Assembly: GCF_036321535.1 (NCBI RefSeq)
Contig: NC_087436.1
Span: forward strand, 101,062,001-101,126,000
Reading direction: 5' to 3'
Source: Camelus dromedarius
Lineage: Eukaryota
DNA length: 64,000 nt
Shown: positions 40,141 to 53,789 of the stretch, one piece after another
Numbering within the stretch: position 1 is the first letter of the stretch
Layout: each line of letters begins with the position of its first letter
Notes under the pieces: model-generated
Databases searched by the model: none
What the model saw: the letters and a program-made list of their open reading frames with translations, nothing else
Told to the model about the DNA's origin: nothing
Made by a program: the position numbers and the translations under genes

Positions 40141-41709
40141 AAGCCATGCAGAGATGGTGAGGATGAAACTGGAACACTAGCCTTTTTTGTCTCCAGCAAG
40201 ATGGCAGATACTTGGCATGGCTGCTGCCACTCCTTAATAAATCTGCTGTTGGCCTCAGAAATCTCCTCAAAATAGTGTTCCCTGTAACAATCACAAGTGC
40301 AGGAAGTTGGCATCGGAAAAGAAGCTTATTTTCGATCTGTGTTCTAGTCTATAAGCAGCATCAAACATTAAATTGTTAGTGAAATGGCTATGAAAAAGGA
40401 AAAATGCTAGTACTCACATTACAGGAAAATTTTAAATGCTTTTTTCTAGTTCTCTCCTCTTTCTGTGCTTCCACCCACTTCCTATGTGAATTTGATTTTA
40501 GTGGTTTCCATCACAATGGGGAATTAATTTGTTTGAATAGATATATGTCAACATCACTTATTAGGAAAAAAACTCTCAGTATATAACCCTGGTGTGCTTT
40601 ACCATCCCCACTGCCCCCCTACACACACCACAATTTCTAAAAGAGAAAACTCACTTCTGTTTCCCTTTTAGAATTTCTTCCTCTGGTGTCAGTAAGTTAG
40701 TTGTTTGTGTTCGTGTTCCTTAAATCTAAAGATGTTTTGCACTGACAGTTGCTCAAAGCAGTAAAGGATGCCTATTTATATGTTCCTATATGAAAAAGGC
40801 ATATTTCCTACTACAATTAAGGTTTTTTTCTGGCCACTAAAGATTGTAGTCATCTATAGGATACACTAAAAAATTTAATAATTCCCTTATGTCATTCCCA
40901 TCTCTTTTTACTTAACACATCATTCCTTGTTGGAAAGAGCCTGTGATTCTACGTCCAAATCCCACAATCTCTCATTGTGGCCCCAGCCCCACTGCTAAGT
41001 AGTCATTTTCTTTTTGACAAGTCACTTTAAATTTCCCCATGGGTTTCAACAGTAAAACTAGAGTCTTATACTAAATAACTCGTAAGTTTTCATAAAGTCT
41101 TAAAATGCTAGGTTTAATATAAGATTATAATGTCTTAGATAGTCACCATGAAATTATACATTGCATGTTAACATGATTCCTCTCTTCTGCCCAAATAGAT
41201 ATCACATGTTATTAATATATGGCTGTAGAAGTTCAACTAGAAGAAAAATGACCACGATGAGATGAAATAAAGATAAACGGAATAAGGAAAATAAGAAGGA
41301 AAAAAAGCAACAGATACACATGTGGACAAAAGGTTCAAAGTATAAGGTGAACAGGTAAGCTGAGCACAGTGGAGGTATGTGTAATATGAGGAGGGATGGT
41401 TGACATAAATCAAGTAACAAATATTCCTTTTGTGACTTTAGGTGTTGTGAAATCAAGTTGCAGTTATGTTATAGCAGGATCAGAAAGGCTGAAAACAATA
41501 GGAAGCTATAAAGAGAAAAGAGAAAAACTTGAGCCTTTTATGCAATTAAATTTCTGCATCAGTCACTGATGTTAGAGGTTATTTTTATCCCAAGTAGCAA
41601 CAAATTCCTTGTAAACTATACCCATGCTGCATTAAGAAAAAGGACTGTTTTGCCTATCTCTCTATATGATTATGTCTCATATTTCAAGATGAACATGTGC
41701 ACGATCTAA

Positions 41710-42190
41710 TATGATCTAACAATTACACTTCTGGTATACAGCCAACAAAAATGTGTGTATATACACACCAACACACATGCACAGGAATACTTACAGTCAT
41801 ATTAACTCTCAGGGTTAACACTGGAAACAACCAAAATATCCATTAACAATTAAATGAATAAAGCATGTGCTACATTAATCCAGTGAAATACTCTTCAGCA
41901 ATGAAAACGGACAACTTATAGCTATACACAACTTGGATGAATCTCATAAACATTCTGTGATTTTGAACGAGAAAACAATTTTAAAACAGGAAAGTGTTCG
42001 AAGTCAAGATGGCAGTTACAAGTGGAGAGGAGGAAGAAAATGATGTTTGGGAAACACATAGTTTATGGTAGGTTGGCACTATTCACTTGTTAGTCTATGT
42101 AGCTATAGGGATGTATTCATTTATTGACCTGTACACTTAAGATCTGTACAATTTTTCGTGTGTGCCAAATATCAACACAAAATGTAAACA
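41710..42190 (+). mobile_element. Old L1 (L1ME/MD-like) ORF2 end plus 3'UTR
   Basis: caattacacttctggtatacagccaacaaaaatg...ctggaaacaaccaaaatatccattaaca...cagcaatgaaaacggacaact...ggatgaatctcataaacat. Confidence 0.8.
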
Positions 42191-42402
42191 ATGATTTCCA
42201 CAACTCCCCAATGAGGTAGCAGTCATAGTCAGACTTATATTTGAGAGTCATTCAACATTTAATATTTATGGAACTCTTCTTCTCGTTGAGAATACTTCAG
42301 GAGGCAGAAGGCTAGTCCCTGACCAGTAAAAATCTTACAAGCCAGTAAAGGTGAGACGCAAGTAAACAAATGATTAAGATACAATGTGATAAATTATTAG
42401 AG

Positions 42403-42618
42403 CAGGCGTTCTCTGCCTTGGCACTACTGACATCTGGGCCTGGGTAATTCTTTACTTTGGGAACCTGGCTTGTGCAATGTAGAAGGTTTAGCAGTATCCG
42501 TTCCCCTCTACCCACTCTATGCCAACAGCACCACCCCTGACTGGGACTACCAAAAATGTCTCCAGACATTGCCAAATGTTCCCTTGGGGATACAACAACC
42601 CCTGGATGAGAACCTCTG
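42403..42618 (+). mobile_element. MER20 hAT MITE, full length (inserted in an L2 remnant)
   Basis: caggcgttctctgccttggcactactgacatctgggcc...aaaaatgtctccagacattgccaaatgt...gagaacctctg. Perfect 8-bp TSD TATTAGAG at 42395-42402 and 42619-42626. Confidence 0.95.
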
Positions 42619-45600
42619 TATTAGAGCCACCTATGGCCGTCTGGGGTTACCAAATGGAGAGTAACTAACTGCTTAATCAGAGAAGGAGGCATCATTTTCC
42701 GGGCAGGAAACCAATACAGTATCTTTTTCATCCCATTAAATTTTGGAGCAAGGGGAAGTTATTCCATAACCACCAGGCAAAAGTCCAATTTCCCTTAGTG
42801 TCACTCTAATCCCAGAACACACATGAACTTGAAGAAAGCTTTAAAAATTGCAAAAGGGAGATATTTATTGGCAATGCTAAAGCTTTCAGGCCAAAACATC
42901 TCCCTTAACTGCTTTTAATATATATGAAATAATTTATTTTGCTTTAGTGTTTGTCTCTTGTACATGACCAGAAAAACATTTATTTACTTATTTTTTCATT
43001 TCTTGACTCACTTTGGGCAGTAAATTCTTACGATCAGAATTATGTTTCCACAATCTTGTGGTTCAAAACTACACTAAATCAGCCTTATGGTACTATATTA
43101 AATCTTTTAAAATGTAGTGCTGCAAACGTCAGAATGTCAGGAGAACAAATATTTTCATTTCAAATAAGAAACTAAAATCAAGCGATGTTCCACTTGATCT
43201 CACTTATGACCCTTTTGTTATTTAGCAGAGAAAAACTACTGAGAAAACCGGGTAAACCCGAGATTTTTCTCAGTGTATTTATTTAAAACTTACAGTAGCT
43301 AAAAGTTTCAGCAGAGGCAGCAGACTCTAAAAGGATGTTTACAATTGGCATAAGACATTATCTTGGTAAAAACACTGGACAAAATACATCATCAATTCTG
43401 AAATATAATTCTGTGATACTCACTATGTATATACTTCAAAGAAGGCTATTTCAGAGACAGATTTCTACATTTCACAATGGCCAAGGTATTAGGCTACAAA
43501 TATCTTCTTATATGAATAAGGGTTACCCAATTCCTCAGCATGATTTTATACTACAGATTTTATGAGCTACAGATTGCTAATGGCAAGAAAGTTTTCTGTG
43601 GGGAGAATGATTCTGACCGATTCTGGGTCCTGTAAAGAAAATACGGTCAGCTACAGAGACTTTCACACTGCTGGCATTTCTCTCTGAAATTCCTGGAGAG
43701 CACAACAATTTTTGACTTGCATCCCCCCTAGGAATTCACACTAACATTATCACCTTATTATTAACTATTTTCCAATTTAAAGAAATCTATCATGGATAAG
43801 CTGGAAGACTGAGGATTAGAACTCAGAGGACCTGGACAGCTAAGGGTTGGAACAACATCGTCTTGACCTCAGATTCTTCAACCATAATGTGAGGGCTTAA
43901 AGGCTGACATTTCCATGGACCTTTTCAGCCTTCCTACAACATCGGCCAGACTCCTTCATGTGCCCCTAATAGGATTATATTTTTCCATGCTTAGAATTTA
44001 TAAAGCTCATAATTTGAAACTAGTAAGGGCCAAAATGAATCAGAAGTTTAACTATGGAAAAAAAAGGGTCAAATAAAAAACAAACAAAATACTCTACTTC
44101 TGTGTTACTTAGACATAGTATCTGGCTGACCAAAATATGATTATTTTCTATCATTGAAAATAGATCAACTTGAAATGTTATTTTGACATGTACATATATC
44201 TAAAGATAATAATATTATTGTGCTTATTTTCCACACAAGTACAACAAAAACAACACTCCTAAAAATATTAAATAGTACAGTCCTATGTAAGGAATTAACA
44301 TGTGGAAAATAATCTACTTGTTTGACCACATTGAATTTATGAACCACAAATTTTCAGAACTTGAGAACAGTCAAAAATCACCTATCCTAAATCCCTCAAT
44401 TGACAGGTAATTAGATAAGGGTTACACAGCAGAAAATAGAAAATTTTTCATGTCTTTTTCTTTGTCATTTTGTTGTGTTTTCAACATAATGTGTATATAC
44501 AGCTATTTTGCTCAAGTGGTTATTATAACATAGCGTGTAGACAAAATACACACATGCATTAATTGCTCAGATCTACTGTTAGAATCTAACGATCACCCAG
44601 TCAGTCACGTTATACCCACATGCAGTGTAACACTAGGGAATCAGAACCAAGGCGGGGGGTGGAGGGGTTGGTGAATCAGAGAAAAGTAATTTCCTCTACG
44701 GGAAAAACAACTCAGGATCGTGTAATGCTGATGTTGAATCATTAGAGGCATCATCCTCATATTGAAAGAACAGAACTTTAAGTGGATAAGGTGGGGCCGT
44801 CACGTAGTACAATTATTCCATAGAAAACCCATGAATCTCTCTCTCTTGTCTGTCTCTCTCTTGCTACTCTGCAACCACCTTTTCTTAATAATCAGGAAGT
44901 AAGATCTTTTAGCCAGAAACTCCAAAGGTCTATCTAAGTAGTGTTTAATATCCTATAAAATATGTGGGTCAGAATAAGTTTTTTCTTTAATGATTCTGAT
45001 ACAGAAAAGTGTTCTATTTAAACAGCATCAAAACAATTCAGTTCAAAAGCAGATGACAGTATACTAGGTGCTAGAAATTCAGAGAAGTATACAATGTTTT
45101 CTTTCCTCTAGGAGCCTAGAATCTAATGATCAAAACTGAAATTAGCCTGTATTTGTGCTATAAAAGTCACATATTAAATTCTGAAAGATTAAAAAAAGAA
45201 TCTTAGTACGTTCACATTCAGCTTTGCATAAAATTGTAAATAGATTCAATCACTTCAAACTTTGAACACTAAAAAAGAGCAAATGATGCTGGTTTGGGGT
45301 CAGGGGTAGGTTAAACAGAAAGGTGTTCACTTGAGAAGGGTATATCCTGGAAAGATAAGTGGAACATCTTGGATAGTACATGCTTGTTCACATAGACTCC
45401 CAACATAGGTAAAGAATGGTACACGATCTGAAAATTACAGTAAGTAGACAAGCCATATCTGGGGAATTTAACCTGAAACTTTCCAACTGGAAAATACAGG
45501 TGATATTAAAACAAAGAAACAAACAAGAAAATACTAGGTAATCATTCATTTACACCTACCAATATCCCGTCAGCTCTTCTTCTTCAGGGTAGCACAAAGA

Positions 45601-46010
45601 GAGTTTATTTTCTGTTCAACAATGTGTGTTTTGGCAATCCAAAAGTTCACCAAACCTGTTTGTTTCCCTGGAAATTTTTCTTATTTCTAAGACCCTCACT
45701 GGAGACAGAAAGATCACACTTTGAAACCAGAGAGAGTTGGTGCTCCACTACTAAATAAACATATTGCAAACTATTTGACCTCTTTGACCTCAAATCTGAT
45801 CTCAGATTTCCCACCTGTGAAATGGGATTTTGTGAGAGCCAACTTTTACAGCTCTGAGAATCCAATGAATCCAATGTCTTATTGATGTTTGTTGGTGGAT
45901 GGTCCAACTAATGTTAATTCTCATTTCGTTCACTGATTTTAGTATCTACCCTCCAAAAAATGTAAAGAATTTCCAACTTCAATCACATTTTCATAAAAGT
46001 TTACTTTTTT

Positions 46011-46126
46011 TAAGTTTACTTCTTTTTTAATTGAAGTATAGTCAGTTCACAATGTTGTGTCAATTTCAGTTGTACAACATAATAGTTCAGTCATACATAT
46101 ACATACATATATTTGTTTTCATATTC
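46011..46126 (-). mobile_element. Short lineage-specific L1 3' end
   Basis: ttttttaattgaagtatagtcagttcacaatgttgtgtcaatttc...tcatacatatacatacatatatt. The 16-bp TSD aaaagtttactttttt (45995-46010) / aaaaatttactttttt (46127-46142) differs at one base. Confidence 0.88.
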
Positions 46127-48189
46127 AAAAATTTACTTTTTTATTGGTTTTCCCTCTGAACTAGTGTTCAAAGTACCAACTCATTAAGAGGCCTCTTTCT
46201 CTTACTTTTCAATGAACTCTACTCACTCTGTGCTTTTCTATATCTGTTAGAAGCAAAATCATCCTGCCTTTTAGTTTCCTTTCAATCATCTAAGTTCTTC
46301 CCTTTTCTAATCAGGAATGACTTGGCTTTCCAAAGAATCAGAGCCCTCTCCACTGCATATACAAGGAAACACAATTAATAGCTTTTGTTTTTAAAATATG
46401 GCATGCTGAGAAGGCAGTATACAAGCATTAGGATAGATTGATTGACCTCATGCAATATCAATTGTGGTATCACTGTGCTCTCCTAATTGTAACCAAAAAG
46501 TTAATAAAATCTTTACATGCTGAATTGTCCCTACACATTGACCATGTCTGTCATTAGCATTCAACTTGTCTTTATCATTAGCATTCCACTTGACTTCACT
46601 GGTCTTTGAAGACATCCCGGATGAAAACAAAAGAGTCTCAGATTGGCAAATAGAAAGTTCTAAGAAAGAGAATGCACTGTACTACAAACAAAATGAACAA
46701 CTTCACTACAGCAAGAGTAGTGACAGTAAAGAACAAAAAAAAGAAAAGGATAGGAAGAAGAGAATTATTTGTAGGGAGCATCAGAGCCCTAAGCCAGGAG
46801 GCTCAACACAAGAGACAGAGCATTAACACTGCTGACCAAATAGGTCTGTGGCAACCAGCCTTAAGAGGATGCAGAATTCCTCCAGGTAAATGATCTTATT
46901 TCCACTATTCAACGATAAAATAGCATATGGCACGTTGGAAGAAAGCAAGAAATTTAATGTATTCAGCTCAGAAATGACTCCTAACACAGGACACAATTAA
47001 GGTTAAAAAAAAAAAATCACGCTTCATGTGGAGTGTCAGTACAATAACAAGATGAAGAAGTAAATGCCCAAGGGATGCTAAGCCAATGGAAGGAAATCAG
47101 TAAACAGCCAATTAGCTTGGTTACATGTACTTGGGCATTTGTTACTCTTGCCGAATAGAAGACCTTCTCCTTGCTACAGAGATATTATCAATATTACTTA
47201 CTTATGTAGAGAAATATTTTAAAAATAATTTATGGTGTTATTTACTATTAACCTGCTTATACAGAGGCCTACCTCTGAACGTAATTCCAGTACATTTATT
47301 ACCTGCGTGGTTTAGAATAATAAGGGTATCCTCACTGCAAAGGAAAACTCCTGGTAGCAAAACAAAGAATAACAAAACAACAGAAACAGAAAACAACAAA
47401 CAAAAACAACATAAGAAGACATAACCGTTTGGATTTTTTTTTTAACTGAGAGGAATATTTGCAAAATATCAACATATAGAGGTTAAATAGCCAAGCAGAT
47501 GACACACCTTACAAATCAGTAAGACTCAAAAGAAGAACCAAAGGCATGATTTAAAGGCTTCTGCTGAGCTAGAAAAATAAAAGACTTTTTTTACATGTAG
47601 ATCAGAATGGTAAATATTTTAAAAATTGACAAGGATTGGTATTAGCCATGTTAAAGGAGATGGCAACCTCAGGTATTACCGGTGATGTATTATGTATGAA
47701 TCGATGCAGGCAAAATTTGATACACGTACAAATGATAAATCTTTGCACAGACATATGACTGTCAGTATGCTCGCTAAAATATTAACTATGGGTTTGAGTG
47801 ACTGGTGTAATTTCTGTTCCTTTTTAGTATTTTCTTTATCTAAACTTGTATTATTTAAACTGGTGTCCAAGTATGTATTGTTTCTACAAAAGCAATAATG
47901 CTACTTTTGTAACAAACCACGTTTCAGTTCATGTTAAGAGTTCAGCCCAGGTAAATCATGGCATAAAGCAGAAGGCTGAGATCTGTGCTATGATTTAACA
48001 TAAACAAAGGAGAAGCGATCCAGAACAAAAAGGGCTAATATAAGTTACCTGGTTTTCAGGGTCTCAAAATATAGTTCTAACAAAGGTAAGACTGGTGCAA
48101 AAAAAAAGGGTGGGGTGTGAAACAGGGAGAACACATTTGATGAAGTGTCAGGATATCATAATAGAGCTCGTCATGTTGGTGCTGTTTGG

Positions 48190-48262
48190 CAGGACAACCT
48201 GAGTTTTGAGCTCCCTCATCTCGAAAATAAGGAGTCTGAGCTTCAGATCTAATGTGCCAAGA
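48190..48262 (+). mobile_element. MIR fragment
   Basis: ctccctcatctcgaaaataaggagtctgagcttcagatct. Confidence 0.5.
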
Positions 48263-51200
48263 AACTCAGATCCTGAGAACACCTGTTCATAACCTGGCCA
48301 TGCTTTACTGACACGGAAAAGCCCTGCACGTTGCGCAGGAAGCACTGCAGACAGAAACTGAAATTATAATGGAAAACAGCTACACATGAAAAGTTAACTT
48401 GGTGAAACCACATCCTTTAGAAAGGTTAAGAGGTTGTGGTCTTTAACAAATAAGATGCTCTGAGTGAGGGGGGATAACTTCCTTATGTCACCCTCAATAA
48501 CAACGTTAATGACTTGATGAAAACAGCATCCAGACAGTCTAAAATGGTTAGGTTTCTACGGCATCGCTGATCTGAAGCAGACAGCGAAATTAGATTTCTA
48601 AAATATGCCTATTAAATGAAAGGCATTCAGAAAACACACCCCAGAAGGGAAGTCACTGTAAAAGGTACCAAGGTTGCCATGAGAGTCAAACAAGAAGGGA
48701 AAAGAAGTTGTGTTTTGACAGTGGGTTTGAAAAGGTTTCATTCAAACATCACCATTAACCCTGTTTTCTAATTTCAGAATGCATTTCATTACCTCTCTAT
48801 TTCAACCTCCACGTTGACTCACCACTACCGCTGTTCCTTGATAACTGAAATAACCTGACAAAGTGGAGTCATTTGAAGATTAAAAAAGGGAAAAAAAAAA
48901 AAGCTTCCCAAATTATTCTAAGTAAAGAGTTAGATGCATAATTTCACAGTCAAATATTACAGGATTTTGTTTTCAGAAAGCAAATCAAATTACCTTTCTT
49001 TTTAGCAGTAAAAATGTGGGTTTTGAAAGTCATTGAACTCATATTTTCAGCAAGCAACATACATACACCTCTATTTAATCTTCTTATGTGAACAAATTAT
49101 AGTCTTGGTTTACACTGGTTTAAAACATATATCAGAGTATAGTAAGTACTTGCAAAATGAATAGAATATATATATGCATACAGGTATACAACTATGATTT
49201 CATATTTTATAAATATAAAAATCTGTGATCAAGCTTATATTAGTATATGACAACTGCACAATACAGATTCTGTTTTTAGTATCTGACTTCCAGGCTTTAG
49301 TAACATCTTTTAATCTTGAATTATTTAAGAGGCTCAAAGTTCAGTCTATATTTCTTTTTTTGCCTGTCTAAACTCTCAGCCTAAAAGGGAGAGAGAACAT
49401 ATTCTATTATGAAAAGTTGGTTCAAGCAATGTCAAGGATTAATACAACTCTGTACATCCATAGCGGGGGAAGAACTCTTCTCTGTTCAAAAATTAAAAGT
49501 AAATACTCCAAAAGATTACTATAAAACCAGTGACTTAGCATAAGATAGAAAAATACAGTGCTTCAAATCTTATAAAATTACATTTTTTTCTTTTTGGGGG
49601 GTTAATCTGTTAATTCCTTTTGGCATAACCTTTCAGACAAACTAAGTTTAGATGTAAGAGTGAGAAACATTTTGTTTAAAACCAGTGTAGCACTCACACT
49701 ATTTTCTAAAAATGTCCTCATTCCATCAAAAGTAAGAAAATGGGTTCAAGGGAGAAAATCAAGAGGGTTAAGTTCTCACTTGGTCCTTCAATAAAATTAC
49801 TTGTCACCACATTCAGCTGATGATTACCCAGACAGTGCCCCTTACATTAACAATGCGGACAGATCCGACATTTTACTGATGGCAATGGCCCTCCGGCAGA
49901 TTAAAGCACAATGTAGATTTAATCTCCCCAATGACTTGATAGCCTCAAATGAAGGATTCTCAAATTTCATGGTTCTGACCTATTCAGGGCGAATAAGCGT
50001 ATAATAAATTACCTGTCCCCTAGCTCTGTAACAAGAAAAAGAGCAGGGCTGGACGGTTCCTGGGCTAACTTCCATATTTGACTAAGTCTACCAATATAAT
50101 CTGCATGCCACAGAGCGAAAGATCACCCTATTTAACAGATTTCAAGAAATTAACTTGCACTGATATATGACCCTGTCTGATGCCAATACAATAAGGAGGT
50201 AGCAGCAGGTTACAGAGAAGCCAGATTTCAAGAGATGCTCATTTGACTGGTGATTAAGGATAACTTCCAGTAAAAGTGATTTCTCATCAGGGAGGAAAGA
50301 TGTGTTCGCTGCAAAGAGCAACAGTGCCCACCGGCCAGCCAGAATGTTAGCCACAGTCACACCAAATGTGCACGCCACAGTCACGCTGGAAAGTCTGGCT
50401 AAAGGGACGACGGACAGCTGATGTCTTAGGAAAGGACAAGAGTTAAGAAATTTGACAAAGCACAAACGTAAAGGAAGAAGAAGCAGGTCCACCTTGATGT
50501 TTTCTTCTGAGCACGACAGATCAAACATCTTCAGAAAGCTTTAATTTATGTTGTTCTCTCTAACCCAGGCTGATTAAATTAGAAACTCCATTATCCAGCA
50601 ATAGTGCTGTCTATGCACAGGCACTCCCCAACGTGGAGCTCCCTGTCCTCGTCAGCAGACCCAGAAAGACCACAACAGCAGATTCTGTGGACATTAAAAA
50701 TTAGCAATGAGCCTTCTGGCTTCAGAAGGCAAATGCTTGACCTCCACTCCTTGAGCAAGAGAAAAGATTCTTGAACCAAGGAAATGAATGACTAGATCGT
50801 GATTTTAGGCGTGTCACTTAACTCAGAACCACAGAGATCCTAATCAGAGATTTATAAATGAGCATACACAGTTTGCCTGAAAATAGCCTTAAAAATTATA
50901 AACATTACATGGAAGGTAATTCTTTACTTCTTGAATGCTCTTCAAATGTAATACCCCCTCCATCTACCCTCCACAACCTTCCATCCTTCCTTCTACTGCT
51001 CCCAATTTCTTCAAACAGATTTCCATGGTAACCAAGAACAACTATAAAAATTCAGACTCCTGGGTGACATTCATGAAGAATATGCATGACTCCGGTGATC
51101 TGGCTTTTGCTGCTGCACGGATTTTAACCCACGTTTCCACATACCTTTCAGCTTAACCCCCAGGGACCAGCCTCAAGGACTTTTTGTCTCCAAAACATTA

Positions 51201-51399
51201 TTTTTTTCCTTGAAGAAAGTAATAGAAAGATCAAACTAAATAATTTTAGAACTGAATAAGTGTATTCCAAAGTTTCATCTATTTAAAGGAAATCTGGGCC
51301 AGAGAGAATAAATAAGTAACCACCCAAAGGGACACAGTTAGTGAGTATGAGAACTAGTGAGTGGTAGCCCACTTCTCTTCATTCCCAAATCAGCGCGTG

Positions 51400-51578
51400 G
51401 TATCTGGAGACACTTTTGGCATCATAATTGCCAAGGGTGGGAGGGGGGCGAGTTGCTACTGAAACCTAGTGGGTAGAGGCCAGGGATTCTGCTAAATGTC
51501 CCACAATGCACAGGACAGACCCTAAAGAAAGAATTATACAGCCCAAAATGTCAATAGTGCCAAGATTGAGAAACTTAT
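51400..51578 (-). mobile_element. MER20 (partial)
   Basis: tctggagacacttttggc...gggtagaggccagggattctgctaaatgtcccacaatgcacaggacag...gcccaaaatgtcaatagtgccaagattgagaaac. Confidence 0.9.
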
Positions 51579-53789
51579 CTGGACTATGAGGTGGGGAAAT
51601 TGAAAATTTTCTAATAGAAGTTGTAATCAAGTTTAAATTATATCTTGAAATGTCAAAGCTAGTGTGTTAATAATGGTTTTCCTTTCAAATTTCCATTCTC
51701 TGCCCAAATGCACCATGAAACAGAATATGTTTCCAACTATGCATAGAACTGGTATTTACTATCATCACATTTCATTTTACCTTGAAATGTTAATTGCTGT
51801 ACAGCAGGGCTCCATGGTTGATTTAAATTTACATTTGCTTTTAAATTTGATTAATCTAGTCTCTTAGGAGTCCATTCTCCCATAGCTACTAAGAGGGAAA
51901 ATAGGCTTTTGAGGATACAGTGGTTTAAAAAAAAAAATCCTGGCTGATTTGGTAGTTATACTTTTACATTAAAGAGATTTTTAACTTTAAGTAAAAAAAA
52001 TAAGGAATATTAAGAGAAGAATAAAATATATCCTCATTTACCATGGATATCTGTCCTGAATATCTTAGGCATGCTGTAACACAGTAATAAATACAAGAGA
52101 AAATACAGCTTCAGCTTACTTCTTGTATTCAGAAAATATGCTACCTTTTACAAATAGCCTAATGTATTTAATTTAAAAATATATAAATATATAAAACTTG
52201 AATGAGTCTTCTTAGGAGCCAATTGGTGGATCACATAGAACCACTTCCTGTGCCTAGATTCCGGCTCACCTCCCCACTCTGCCTTCTGGGATTCTCCGAA
52301 TGGATATTGCTAAACACTGGCCAGAGGCCCACTGTAAGAAGGTTCTTGTTGGCTACACCTAGAAGTGGCTTATGATAAATGAAAGATAAATAACATTGCT
52401 TAAATACTTCATGCTCACCAAGCACTCCCCTAGACATTTTATTTCTACCTAGAAATGGCAAATATTGGCAAGCATCCTCTCCATCCCACTCTAAGGCAAG
52501 TCTCCCATTAACCATGTCACTTTCCCAATAACTTAGATTTACCATAAAGTCCTTCTCAATGTGGCACTCCAACAAGCAATTACCAGTTAATCCTTATTAA
52601 GCAACAGGTTGAATGAAACCAATTTGCCATCCCTGATAAACATTAAAAGCATAAACGAGGTTCACTTCTGCTGTTCACTGAGGCTGGTCAACATGCTTGA
52701 ACAGATCTTTTTTTTTTTCCCTTGAGACTGTTTGACCTGAGTTTCAATTCTTATCCCGACAGTTCCACATCAGTGTCTATGAAGTACTCCACCTTAGCCC
52801 CTGGCCCCAGGCCAGAGCCCATGGAATTCTGTGGTGAAGGTACTGAAATTTGGAGGGCACAATATTGTAAAATAAGTGTTTCATGTGCAAGGTTTTAAAG
52901 TCCTTCCTCCTCCTTCAAGGATTTTTCAGAAGGGCTATTATGATTCAATAAAGACTGTCAAGTAGTGCCATTTGATTTGCTCACCAAGAGGTTTTCTACT
53001 CTACCACCATTTTGGTTTACATATTAATAACATGAGGCTCCTTCAAGGAGTCTCAAGAGGGAGCTTAGGATTCTGTCTGATTAGATGAAGTAGTATTGCT
53101 GAAGGACAGAGTCTCCTCTGACACTTCTGACGCCCTTGGTAGCTACTGCTTAGGTCTGGGATAATTCTTTCTTCTATTCTCTATTCTTCTTCCCCTCACC
53201 CCCTTATCCATGCCTTTGGCTTCCCTGACTTTGATATAATTTCTAAATTGTAAACAACATGAATGTGTATATATCTACATGTAAACAATTGGCCTTTATT
53301 GAATCCGATTTGACTCTGTAACTTGGTAACCCGTATCTTAGCATGGTATTGTATCTTTTGACGTAGCCTCTTAAATATAAAATACTGAAGTGGCACAAAG
53401 ACACTCAGCTCCCTAGCCAGAAATAGAAATGCTTACATCACAACCTTTTTTAGATGGGAAAACACTATTCTTAGGTGCTTTGTTCAAGTAAACACCATAA
53501 AATAGCGAAGTATTAAATGACAATTTCTGCATATTTTATCTATTACTTTCCTTCACAAAACTCTTTTCCTAGGTTATAACTTTCTTTGAGGAAAAAACAC
53601 TTGAGCTTCATTACTTCCATGTGGCCATAATATGTAAGCTGATTTTCTTGTGAATGTATGTGTTCGTTTTCAGGAGTAAATTATTGTAAATTACCATTTT
53701 GATTTATCTGAGTAGTAATGTATTTGAAATCAGTGGCCATCAAATTTATCATCTCAACAATATACTCTAAGGTCAAATTAATGACAATC

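Noticed and set aside
50255..50420. GC-richer open stretch with GCCACAGTCAC twice as a coding exon
   Set aside because: I found no convincing splice-site pair or recognisable peptide, and the repeat is only 11 bp.
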